NCBI RefSeq assembly: GCF_036321535.1
Contig: NC_087452.1
Location: 41,974,001 to 42,038,000, forward strand
DNA length: 64,000 bases
Source: Camelus dromedarius
Taxonomy: Eukaryota
Direction of reading: 5' to 3'
The notes under the pieces are model-generated. The model worked only from the letters and a program-made list of their open reading frames with translations. It made no database searches and was not told the origin of the DNA. A program made the translations under genes and the position numbers. Numbering within the stretch: position 1 is the first letter of the stretch; each line of letters starts with the position of its first letter. This document shows positions 47,935-59,349 of this stretch, piece by piece.

Positions 47935-48700
47935 CTATTATTAAAACATGAAGATAAAGAAGAGTATCTGAATGATTACGGAGAAAAGGGGCAGGAACGT
48001 AGAAAGCCAAATTATTCTGGGAACACTCGTTTACACTGTAGCAATATCTCCTCAACTTCAGGAGAAAAAAGTATGGTCAAGTACACTGGAAAATGCTGAA
48101 GATGCGAAAGGTGAAAATGTATCCCCCTCGTGTACACTGGCTTCAAAATTCTAGGATGCCCGCCAATAAGGAAACACGTCCACTGTTAAATACAGCGTTC
48201 TCCAAAACTTATTTGAATACAGAACTTTGTTTTGTCCTTGAACATAAAATCTGTTTCCATCCTATAGGGAAAAAAAATACACTGTGGGAAATGCTCCTGT
48301 AAAGGATAATGTTCTTTATCTTGTTGATGTGATTTTAACAGGTGCCTAGGTGACAGCAAAGACTGGTCCATGAAAGTGATCAGCCTGTGCGTTGCTGCCG
48401 ATGTGCAGGGTGACAGAAACACCAGGAAGTGCCAGAAAAGGTGTGAGAAACCAAGCCAAGCCCGGTGTCTTTTGCACAAGAAGAGGCAGGACTTCCCGCT
48501 GGGTGTGGCGGAGTAAGAGGACAGCGGTAGTGACCAAAGTCAACACCGGAGGGAACATAAGTGGCTGGAACACTGACCCGGCAAAGCCGCAGATAAGCAT
48601 CCACCCTCCTGAACCTGATCGTCAGGTGCCCAAAGATGTTCGCTTTAGCATAAAAGTAACAGGGGAAATGAAGAAGAACTGAAACATGTTTCCACTCAAA
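47935..48700 (+). mobile_element. Possible HAL1/old L1 ORF1-like remnant
   Basis: Weak recalled similarity ('gaagataaagaa', 'gtagcaatatctcc...ggagaaaaaagtatgg', 'taaaagtaac...agaagaactgaaa'). Confidence 0.3.
48193..48300. mobile_element. MER103C-like hAT MITE
   Basis: 'cagcgttctccaaaacttatttgaatacagaac...acactgtgggaaatgct'. Confidence 0.5.
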
Positions 48701-49029
48701 AACAGACGAGCAGAAAAAGTAGGGGCACATCTAGAATGGGGAAGTGGGATTCTCCACTCAAGCTGTGGTGAGCACCACCTGTACCACAGCATCCCAGGAG
48801 GGCTGATTGAAAGTGCATTGCATCGGCCCAGGATCTGGTTACGACAACCCCAAATTCAGTAGAGGTGGTGGGAGCTGCTGGCCTCCCTCTCTGAAGGCAA
48901 AACTAAAATGTAAAAGCTCTCAGGTGATGACTTTTCAAGCTGTTGGGGCACCTGATCTGACAGGTATTTGTCTGCTTATAATTACAATCAAACAATATTT
49001 TTATTCACATCTCTTCCACAATCCCTTGG

Positions 49030-49100
49030 ACAACACACAGAAATCAGCTCGAAATGGATCATTGACTTCAAGGTAGAAGCTAACATTAGAAACGTCTAGC
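49030..49100 (+). mobile_element. Short old L1 ORF2 fragment
   Basis: 'acacacagaaatcagctcgaaatggatcattgacttcaaggtagaagctaac'. Confidence 0.55.
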
Positions 49101-49139
49101 TGAGTATCGCGGACTCCTGTTCATCTTGGACAAAGTCCA

Positions 49140-49260
49140 GTTTCTTCTAACATCCAGTGAACATTTACTGAGCAGTTTGCCAACGGCAATTCCCCTGCTT
49201 GGTGATGGAGGTATGGCGGGAAATGAGACAGTCCCTGATGCCAAATGTCCTAGAAGCTTT
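49140..49260 (-). mobile_element. L2 3' end
   Basis: 'catccagtgaacatttactgagcag...aaatgagacagtccctg'. Confidence 0.5.
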
Positions 49261-50890
49261 TAGGAGCTCTTTATGGCTCTGTTATTAATAAAATTATACC
49301 AGACTTCTTTGAATCCATGTCCCTTTCTCACCAGGACTACCTTGGTTGTCACCTAAGTTTATGGAAATTTTTGGCTCATTAATTGATTAGGTAAGGCTAT
49401 CATGTGCTCTATGCTAACAGTTTTCTTACCAAGCAGATGGAAAGAGGGACAAGTCCAGGAAAGTATAGGATGAAAGAGGGACAAATGTCAGACTCAGGAG
49501 AGTCCCACGGATGAACGACACTGTGTAAACCAGACCAACACGCGCTACCAATGTGGTCGAAGAGTCCAGCCCGCTGGGCTGCCGGGTGATGGGATTAGAT
49601 CGACCCACCTGAGGGACTGGCTCACAGGAAGGAACTCTCAACCCGTTTAACCTCCGTGTTGCAGGCACCCTCCCTACACTGTTTCTGGGAAGGAGCAAAA
49701 CTGGCTGGTTTGAATTTCTTCTCCTTTACTCTCCCTGACCTTTGGTGGGGGGACAGCTAAAAGGTCAGACCCAGAGGAAGAAAGGAATAAAAACAGAGGA
49801 TGGCTGTTCCACGAATGGAATAGCAAAGTGGAGACCCCAAGGAACCAGGGAAGCTGAGCCCTGGAGGAAACAGGAAGTGGGGGGTTGGGAGACAGACAGC
49901 TGCCTCTGGCTGCTCAGGAAAGACTAAAAGGAGGGGGTGTGACCTCATGGAGGCAGACTGTGGCTCAGCATCAGGATGGACTTTCGGGTTATCTGTACCT
50001 CCCAGCGCTGGAGGGGCTGCCCAGCACATGGAATTCTCTCACAACGAGGGTGGCCAGGGCCATGGAATCCCTGTCGTGGCCCCCGGGGTTGGGAGGCCCT
50101 CCTCAGGGCTCTCTGCTCTGAGAACAGGCGGAATCCACCCCTAGCAGAGCAGCTGTGGTCAGAGGAGCTGAGGGCAGGCCACAGCTGCCTTTCCCAGGCG
50201 TCCACACAGGTGGAGAGCATTATTGGCGGCTCACAGGAAATGCTGACATCCTGACTTCAACCCGGGAAGCACTCAATCAGTAGGAGGGGTCGCTGACTTC
50301 ATGCACCTTTTGTTCCTTCCAAAGCCTCTGAGTGTTAATGGGTCCGACAAGCGAGTCCCTGGAAGGGCTGTACTTGCACGCATGGGTGAGGAGCACAGAC
50401 GCTAGAAACGTGGGCCTCTGCAAACCCTGGGCTTCTTCACCCCCTCAATTAACCACCCCCCACCTCCAGCTTAAGCCTGGGGACCCCTGAGTGTCATCAG
50501 AAACTATGCAGAAAATCTGACCAACCCGGGGTCACCAGCCCTAGTACCTCAGCGGAAAGCAATGGTGCCCATGTTGTCGGCATCTGGATGACAATTTCTG
50601 GGCCTCCCGCAGGGCTTTCTAAAGTGCTGAAAAGATCTTGCAGACCCTCATCACCACACTATGGACACGTGGGCTCCAGGAAATCCATTTAAGAAATTCA
50701 GAAGCTTGCTTCTCAATCTGAGTAGGAAAGCAACCTTTATAACATTAATACGTTTCTCAGAACCACAGGTGACAGAAGCTGTACTTTCACTGTGAGTTGA
50801 TGAAGGACGTGCGTTCACGTGTATGCGTTCTCACAGGCCCCCGCAGCAATCCCAAGGGCCCCGGAGTGACCGGGAGGTTGGACTGCAGCC

Positions 50891-51306
50891 GGGTGCTGTC
50901 CAACAGGTAACCACCACCCACGTGGGCCTAGCGAGCACGTGAACTGGGGCTAAGATACTCACTGGGTTTCCAAGACCTAGCACCAAAAAGAACATCGGTA
51001 ACACACTAGTAATATATCTATTGATTACATGTTGATAATATTTTGGATCTACTGGGTTAAGTGTTACTAAAATTACTTGCTTGTTTTAACTTTTTCTTTT
51101 TTTTTTTCCCCGGTGGGGGGAGGTAATTAGGTTTATTTATTTTTAGAGGCAGTACTGGGGAGTGAATCCAGGACCTCATGCATGCCAAGCATGCGCTCTA
51201 CCACTTAAGCTATACCCTCCCACCCTGTTTTAATTTTTTCAACACAGCAACTAGAAAATTTCTGATTACCTACGTGGCCTGCAGTCCCTTCTACTGGACA
51301 GAGCTG
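50891..51306 (-). mobile_element. MER33 hAT MITE, split by Vic-1
   Basis: 'gtgctgtccaac...attgattacatgttgataatattttggatctactgggttaa' then 'gcaactagaaaatt...ctactggacagagctg'. Confidence 0.82.
51097..51225 (-). mobile_element. Vic-1-type SINE
   Basis: Minus strand GGGAGGGTATAGCTTAAGTGGTAGAGCGCATGC...AAATAAATAAACCTAATTACCTCCCCCC plus A tail. TSD tgttttaa(c/t)tttttc at 51082-51096 and 51226-51240. Confidence 0.93.
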
Positions 51307-51473
51307 CTCCAGTGCTTCCACTCTGGGACACCTCCTCTTTCTGGAAGAAACCTGGGCATGGCTCCTCTCCCTCTCATCAACTTCTAGCCACCAGGCCACC
51401 GGGCATCCCAGACAGCCACGGGACGGACTTGCTACACGGGGCGACTGCCCTGTGTCATCTTTAGATACAGCCT

Positions 51474-51617
51474 TAGCTCACAGAGAAAAAAATGTTGACA
51501 ATGAATATATATATGTTCATGTACAACTGAAAAATTGTGCTCTACACGGGGGTTTGACACAACATTGTAAAATGATTATAAATCATTAAAAAATGTTAAA
51601 AAATAAAAATAAAAAAA
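51474..51617 (+). mobile_element. Severely 5'-truncated camelid-type L1 (last ~140 bp)
   Basis: Near-identical to 43165-43288 ('aactgaaaaattgtgctctacac...gacacaacattgtaaaatgattata'). Possible TSD gatacagcctt / gatatagtctt. Confidence 0.9.
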
Positions 51618-52051
51618 GATGATATAGTCTTGAACCATTCCTTGAAGTTGTCAGGGTCCCTCCCTCATTCCTTCTGAGGCAGGTCCAGGGACCTGGGAAG
51701 GCATGTGGCACAGAGAGCATACGAGGCTCCACAATCACGACCTGGCGGGTCTTTGGTGGTAAGTAGAAAGCTAAATCACAAAGGACTAAAGAGGCAGGGA
51801 GGACACCTGCCTGGAAACTCCGGCTCTGGATCTACAGAAGACTCTCACGTGTGCGTTGGCATATTTTCTGCTGTGCGGAGCTTAGCACTTTATAAGCAAG
51901 GTCTTGTTTTTATCCTCACACCAGCACTGTGGGGCAAACATCTGGGTCCTGCCTTCTTCCCTGTATTATGTTTATACCCAAGGACAGAGATTACCCAAAA
52001 AGCAACTCCTTGTTCGTTTGTTTTTAAATTAATGGCCCCAAAATGGTTATG

Positions 52052-52053
<2 letters not shown>

Positions 52054-52087
<34 letters not shown>
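52054..52087. repeat. (GT)17 microsatellite
   Basis: Seen directly. Confidence 0.97.
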
Positions 52088-52088
<1 letters not shown>

Positions 52089-52368
52089 CATCAAGTCTCG
52101 TCCACCAAACTCTTTCCAGGATCCTTAAAGTTTAATTCATTACATCAGGGGAAAAAAAAAAATCTCTCCTTTGAAGTTTAGTCCATTAACTACTCATCCC
52201 TTGAAATGGATAATCAGGAAGAAATGACAATAAGAATCTAATCAGCCATTTGGCAGGGGTTTGGGGAGTCCTAGTCCATATTAGGCATGGCCCAGGGTGA
52301 CTGTGCCAAATGTCATGAGCTCCCTGCCCTAAAAGAGCTGATCTGTTAGATTTAAGCAAGTACAAAGG

Positions 52369-53294
52369 TGTTATGGCCTAAATTGTGTTCTCCCAAAATT
52401 CATATGTTGAATCCCTAACCCCTTGTACCTCGGAATGGGACCAGATTCAGAGAGAGCACAATTAAGAGGTGATTAAGTTAAAATGGGATCTTTATGGTGG
52501 CCCCTAATCCACTATGGCTGGTGTCCTTATCCGAAGAGGAAATCAAGGCCTTCTGTTCCAGAACCCAGTATACTAACAAAACAAATTTTGGGGATCAAAA
52601 TAGGGTTGCCAAGCTTTTTAGTTTGCCACATACTGAAACAGTCCCTTCTAAATACCTAAATTTGATTTACTATATGTACCAATTCGAGGAGAATAAATAT
52701 GACCACTAATGCAGTGTGGAACCCTGGATTGGATCCTGGAATGAGAAGAGGAAATTAATGGAAACACTAAAGAAATCTCAGTGTTCAGAGCTTAGTAAAC
52801 AGTCACATACCCATGTCAGTTTTTATCGTTTTGACAAATGCACTCCACTGATGTAAGATCTGAACAGTGGGAGAAACTGGGTGACAGGTATCCTAGAACT
52901 CTCTGTACCATCTTCGCAACTTTTCTGTGAACCTAAAATTATTTCACATAAAAAGCCTATTAAAAATTCTTAAATGGATAATTTTAATAATCAAAGAGAA
53001 GGCAAGCACTAATCTCAAAACAAAAGACAGTTATGTGAAAATTAAATAGAGTTAGCTTTTTTTTTCTTTTAAGGAAAAAAAAGAAGGATTCGGACATAGA
53101 CCAGGATGAGGGAAACAACGGGAGTGCACAGGACAGGGGGGCATCTTCAAGCCAGGAGAGAGGACTCGGGAGACGCTAGCTTTGCCAACACCTTAATCTC
53201 AGACTTCCAGCCTCCAAAACTGAGAGGTAAACTCTGTTGTTCCAGCCACCTGGTTTGTGGTCCCTTAATCTGACGGCCAGAGCAGACTAGGACA
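52369..53294 (+). mobile_element. MLT1A/B-like MaLR LTR, split by a ~540-bp insert
   Basis: Left part 'tgttatggcctaaattgtgttctcccaaaattcatatgttgaa...ggtgtccttatccgaagaggaaat'. Right part from ~53088 'caagccaggagagagg...atctcagacttccagcctccaaaactgaga...gcagactaggaca'. Confidence 0.85.
52690..52965 (+). mobile_element. L1MC-type 3' end
   Basis: 'taatgcagtgtggaaccctggattggatcctggaa...gaactctctgtaccatcttcgcaacttttctgtgaacctaaaattatt'. Confidence 0.82.
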
Positions 53295-54159
53295 CTAAGT
53301 AACACAGGCGGGGGAAAGGTCCACAGCCATCCTGCGGGAGAGGGGAGGGCAGGCAGAGAGGAATCAGGTGGTGAGCAGCCAGCCTGGAGAGGGAAGTGAG
53401 GTCCGCACAGGTGCTGGTGGTGGGAGGGGTAAAGGTATGGGGGCTGCCTGCTTTCAGAACAGATGCCCCAGGCAACCAGGAGCTCCTTGGAGGCAGGGGT
53501 CAGGACAACCGCTCTCCGTCTCCCCAGCGCTCAGCACGGTGTCTGGCACACAGTGAGTGCTCAGTAAATGCAGTGGCATACAGAATGTCCCATCCAAACT
53601 GCAATGCTTTGTGAGGGAGAGGGTACGGATTACTGACTGTGCTGAGACCACAGGTGTAGATAGGGCTGTCCTGGGCGCAGGACACCACGTCAGCGACGCG
53701 TGTAGAAGTGAACTGAAAATAGAGAAGCATGGGGTGAGCAAAGCTGAGGCCGGAGGGCTAAGATGGTGCCCCAAAGGCTGGTGTGAAACAATCTCAGCTT
53801 CTCAAGGGCTGGACCAGGGCTCTTCCAACTTCACTTCCCTGCACTCAGCACAGCCTGCACCCCACACAAACAGGGGTCACCAAATGTATGAACCAGACTT
53901 CCAGTTCCTCAAAATGAGGATTAAATGATTTTTTTTTGACTTGAGGCTACAGACCAGGAAGACCAAAGAGCAGGAAGGAGAAGCTCCACCCCCGGCTTCC
54001 CCCCTGCTCTGGGCTCATCGGCCACACCCGAGTTTCCTCTGGCCACAGCGATCAAGAGGTAAGGGTGCTGTGAGTCAAGTTCTCCAGCCAACATGGGAAA
54101 CCAAGCACTGATGTACTCAGACTGGCTCCCGGGGCCAGGGCTCTCTCTTCCTCTGATCA

Positions 54160-54520
54160 ACTTATTAATAACAATTACAGTAACCATCACTTCTGGTGGA
54201 CCAGGGTGCTAAGATGACATAATTTGTTCAAGGTCATAGAACTATTTAGTTGTCTGATGAGATTCAAACCCAAGACTCTGCTGCTGCCCAGCTATGAGAG
54301 CTTGAGTAGATTAAATGTTTTAAGTATCATAGTCATCAATTCTAAAACAGGTTTTTATTTATTCATATCTATGTATATATAATTATGATACATATGACTT
54401 TATGTACATAATAAGTTATGTTATTGGGTTCTTGTAAGAACTAAATGTGCACATAAAACACTGAGTACATAGTAAATGCTCAATAAAAGCTAAATATCAC
54501 TGTTATTGTTACTACCTGTA
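54160..54520. mobile_element. Two MIR fragments (opposite orientations) with an AT-rich expansion
   Basis: 'ttgttcaaggtcatagaactatttag...gagattcaaacccaagactctg' and 'ctgagtacatagtaaatgctcaataaaagcta'. Confidence 0.6.
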
Positions 54521-55669
54521 TTCTTTTTATTTATACAGCCCTAATGTATTTAGAAAAAGAAGCAATTTTCCATCACCCTCTTCATACAAAACTTCTGGGA
54601 CACATATGGATAAATCTGTCCTTGGAACCACCATAATTCCAACTTGAATGTCATGGGGTGGGCCAGGCCTGTCTTACGGTAGAAGACCCCAAAAGCCCCC
54701 TAGAAAGAATAGGATTCTTCAGTGCCACAGCTTCCCTGGCTGACTATAAGCAAGAGATCCTTTCCTGCCACCCACACCCACTACAACCAGCAAATTCAAT
54801 TCCCCATCCTCGAACACAGAGGTCACCCAGGAGGCTGGCGCCTCGCTGTAACCACCCAGGAAATGCATGTGACCACTGCTGGCTCACAGAAAGAACCCAC
54901 ACAAGGGGGCTCTAAGTTGGTTTTTCATTCTCTTTGCCTCAAGAGATGGGGAAAAAAAAAAATTTATAATTATTCTGCTTAATAAGAGCTTATACTTTAA
55001 GAAATTTCTAGTCTTTGGGGGAAGAGAAAGATTTCTGACATGGTCATGCCCAAAACACCCCAGCGAAGTGAAGCAGAAAGGTTCACATTTGTACCAAGAG
55101 AGTCTGTAACAGGTCTATCTCAGATTCCTAAGGGAAAAGGGAGCATCAATATATCTAAATATGAGAAAAGTGTTTCCTTGTGGAGTCCAAATGTAGGAGA
55201 CAGTAACAATACACCTGCAATGCAAAGGGCTGTTTTCTACTAATGTACTGAACCCGGTTTATGACCTATTTGCTTCCACCGTTACCTATTATTAAGTAAG
55301 TCAACAAAAAAAAAAACGGTTGAAAGAGTCGTGCTAGGCAAGTTGACTGCTGACACCATGGTTCTTCAAGCAACAGGCTGTGAGGGAACGTGGAAGAAAC
55401 CAAAGCCCGCACCAACCCCCCTATAAGGGCCATGACCTCTATTACCAAGCCTCAGAAGCATCACCGGGTCACACAAGGTCACAGGAAGCTAGGGTGTCAC
55501 CGCCAGAACCCTGGCCTCATGCCCTGGTGGGGAGACCTCTCACTGCCAGTGCGAGTGGAGAGGCACCTGGCCCTCAGAGGACTGCTCTGCCTGGAAAACT
55601 GCCAGATGATGGTTCTTATCCTTTAACTCTTTACCTGGAACTCTTGGGACCTAGTTCTTCCAGCTCCTA

Positions 55670-55790
55670 GCATCTCGGAGTGTGGTCCATGGACCAACAA
55701 CATTGGCATCACCCGGGAGCTGGCTAGAAATTCACCCCAGACCTGCTGCATCAGGATTTGCATTTAATGAGATCCCCAGGTGACTGGGGT
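55670..55790 (+). mobile_element. MER5A-like fragment
   Basis: 'gagtgtggtccatggaccaacaacattggcatcacccgggagctggctagaaa...cagacctgctgcatcag'. Confidence 0.72.
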
Positions 55791-56898
55791 GCTCTTCCCG
55801 CTTGGATGGCTAGGCCTGGGCTGGCCGATTGAAGTTGAAGGCAACTTTGCACACCGGCTCGTGAAGATAAGGCAGTGTTCCAGGTGGAGACGGAGGATGT
55901 CGGCTGGGAGGGCTGCTCTCTTCCCACATGTATCTCCTGTTTGCTCCACATTTTCCATTTTCTTTTCACCATCTGTTTCAAACAATGTTTTTTTAAAATT
56001 CCCCAAACACCTATGAAACAAGTCTTGACCCATTTCAAACACAGAGGCAGCCAGGGAGAGTAACTGATTTCCAGGGTTAGGTAAAGGGAAAAGGGGACCA
56101 GTGTTCACCGGACCCCTACTAGAAGTCAGTATTCCTCTTCTCGCTGGCAGCTGAGGGAACAGAAGCTTCACAATCCAGGTGAAGCACCTGCCTAAGACCA
56201 CTTGGCTGACCACAGACAGACCTGCCCTGCCCTGCCTAGTCAAGCAAGCGGAAGAGCAGACTTCACGTGCTTCCCAAATACAAGTTGAAAAGCCATCTCT
56301 TGCTCTTGCACGAGCAAGAGCATCAGGGGGAGGGCCTTTACATCCTAAAAGGCAATTCTGTAATGTCTCAAACCTTAAAATGCCCTCCTCCCTCCTGGCC
56401 CAGCAAGTCCATCTCCAACCTCTATCCTGCCACCTTTCATACAGTTCCATGCCACAGAGAAACACAAGGTGGTGACCTTCCTGAAATGATCAACTCAAAG
56501 GGGACCATCCAACTTTCTCAGCTCTAATACTGCTCCCCTCCCCCCACTACTGCGGTCCACAGACCCAAGTACGTGGATGCAGATGTGTGTGTGTGCACAT
56601 GCACACACCCGTGTGCTCCAAAAGAACCCTGGGTGGGGGAGAGAGAGAGAGAGAGAGGGAGGGAGAGAAACCATGGTCTATGGCATTCTTGAAAGTAGTC
56701 AGGTTTTAATCAACGTAAGTGCAAAGTGAAACAGTCAATTTGTCTTCAGCCCAGTTATTTATGTTTCCACTTGGCTTGTGCAGTTTGATTTGTGTGACCA
56801 ACGTCCTCTGAAGACTCTGTGTTCTACTGTAGCAGGATCTGCAAGTTGCCCACCCAGTCTCCATCCCTCCTCCACCTTAAATAATCAAACTTTAATAT

Positions 56899-57085
56899 CT
56901 GTGCTGTTCAAAATGGTAGCTACTAGCCCCACATGGTCATTTACATTTAAGCTTCAATTAAAATTAAAGTCAAAATTCCTCAGCAGCACTCGCCACATTT
57001 CAAGTTCTCAATAGTCATGTGTGGTTAGTGGCTACCATTCAGGGTAGTGCAGAACAACATCACAGAAAGTTCTAGGGGACAGCAG
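56899..57085 (-). mobile_element. MER3 hAT MITE
   Basis: 'ctgtgctgttcaaaatggtagctactagcc...ccacatttcaagttctcaatagtcatgtgtggttagtggctacc...cagaaagttcta'. Confidence 0.88.
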
Positions 57086-57344
57086 AGCTCTATACTATTA
57101 GGGTTTGTAGCGTCCAGGTGAAACTGACATTCCCCTACCTCCCTTCAGATATGGATGGTCAGTGAGCTGTTAGAAGAAGTCATTGGAGGCTCGTTAGAAG
57201 GACCTCAGATCAGACGGCAAAATCCTCTCGCCCTTCTCCCTTCTTCCTGCATAGAAAGGAGACACAGTGGCTGGAACTCAGCAGCCATCTCGGAATCATG
57301 AGGAAAAATGTGCTTGGTGTTGGGTACCCACGGTCCCCTTCCCT

Positions 57345-57795
57345 TCCCTTCCTCTCTCTCACTGCCTTGGTGATCTCATCAAATCTCATGGCTTTAAACA
57401 CAATCTATCTTTTGATGATTCCCGAACTTATACTTCTAACCCAGACCACTACTCAAACCACAGACTCTTCTTTACGTATCTCCACTTCACCCTGTCTGAA
57501 CACTTTCTCTGGGAATCCACTCTGCTAACTCCTGCCCCCTTTCTGTCTGCTCAAATCTCCCTCCTCCATGAGGCTGCCCTGCCCCAGGCCTGTGCACCTG
57601 ACCTGCTCCCCTTCTCTGTGTGTCTTCTTCCTCCTGCAGCCTCCTCCCCGTCTACTCTTGCTCTGCCTCCTGTGTGTCTCCCTCCACTGGCGAGTGAGCT
57701 CCCAGAGGGAAGGGACTCTTGCCTATTCACTGAGCTGAGGGCCCACTCAGCCTAGGACACAGGAGGCGCTCAGTCCCAGTTCCTGAATAAGTGAG
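57345..57795 (+). mobile_element. L2 fragment(s)
   Basis: 'ttggtgatctcatcaaatctcatggctttaaacac...gatgattccc' and 'gtgagctcccagagggaagggactc...ggcgctcag...ctgaataagtga'. Confidence 0.7.
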
Positions 57796-59349
57796 AGGTC
57801 AAGGGAATTGCATCCTTGGGCCACTGAAATAACACCAGAAACTTCTCTCTCTCCAGAAGTCTTACTGCATCAGGAAAGGTCATCTTGATGTGCTGAAGCC
57901 CCTGTAGTCAGGTCCTGATTCCTGGCAGCTGAATGCAATTCCTAACAGATACCTCTGAAAGCCAAGGGCACTATGTTGCGTTCGCAGATGGTGGTGAGCA
58001 CTGGGAACTCCGTGCACACACCATGGCACTGGAAATGATAGTGATGACCCAATTTATCACCTTCCAGGGAGCCAAAACCCACCTCTGCTCTAGGGAACAG
58101 AGGACAGAAGTGGTGACCCTATAATTATAATCACCTCCTTCACTACTTAGCTGGCTTGGAAGCTTTCCTCTGAAAATAAAGTCTCTGGACAGACCCCCCA
58201 ACCGCCACCCTTTCCCAGGTACAGTCATCACCCTCGAGCCGATGTTTTTACCCAAGTCCCACACAAAGGGTGCTGCCCTCCACTTCCCCCTCCTGCCGTT
58301 CCCATGCAAACACAACACTTTCATTATCAGTCTGGACTTGGACCACTTCCTGCCACCCACTGCAGCCCGCAGTGGAGACAGCACTGGATGCCCGGCGTGC
58401 TGGCACCACGGCCACCACCTCTACAGGGAAACATGGTGGCTGCGTGCACTCAGCTCGTCCACCTTCATTCAGAGGCCACCACGGTCCCTTCCACCTGGAG
58501 CTGGGTGTGTGTCAGACAAATGCTCTCCTTGGGAAGAGAGAGGTAGCAGGGCGGTGTGACCTGGACAAGACAGGTAGACTGAGGGACCGGCTACTTCACA
58601 GAGGGTGGCTTCCAGGCCTGTTGCTCTCTGAACCATTTACTATAAAAGGCCAGAGGGTTCTCCAAACAACTGGGGACAGCAGCCCTGGGAAGGAGGGAGA
58701 AGCCAAGGAAGAGTGACAGTGTAACGTGGGCCCCCTTGATAAGCTGTTCCTGGTTAGAGGAGTTAGTGAGAAAGGGCAGGACCAGGCTGGGCCCCCCCGA
58801 TCAAGTTGCTCAGCAAGAAAACCAAAGGTGGTCTCAAGGAGCCGCCATCCCCCTGCACGTAGACAGTGGGGCCGGCTTCAGTCTCAAGAGGGCAGAGGTT
58901 CCCAGGGTTCAGTCTTGGAGGAGATCAGGGTCCCCTCTTCACCAGGCCCCTTCCCTCCTCCAGCAAACTCAACCATCAGCTCCTCCACACACTTGAGTGT
59001 CCAGGGGGTTTGCAGGAGAAAATATGTTCAATGAGTATTTATTGCCGGGGTGGGGGGTGAGCTTGAGCTATTTAAATAAAATCTTTTCCATTATTTGCAA
59101 TGGAAACTATTAATTGAACTAATAATTTGAGGCAAAATACAGAGTGCCTCTGAAGCAAACGGACAAATGTAAACATTGTGGGGTGGCAGTTAAACCGACC
59201 CTACAAATTTACTTTCCTATTATCTGTCAATTTGCAAAGCCACAGGAAATGAGAAGAAAGACTCTGATAATCAAACATCTGTGTGCAAGGCATGACTTTA
59301 CCAACGTGACCAACTGACTAACAAACGCAACAGAGACAGTGGCTACAGC

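Noticed and set aside
55764-56465. Longest ORF in the window (233 aa, minus strand)
   Set aside because: No recognisable domain, Cys/Trp/Arg-rich composition typical of non-coding GC-rich DNA, 3' end runs into a MER5A fragment, and no clear splice context.
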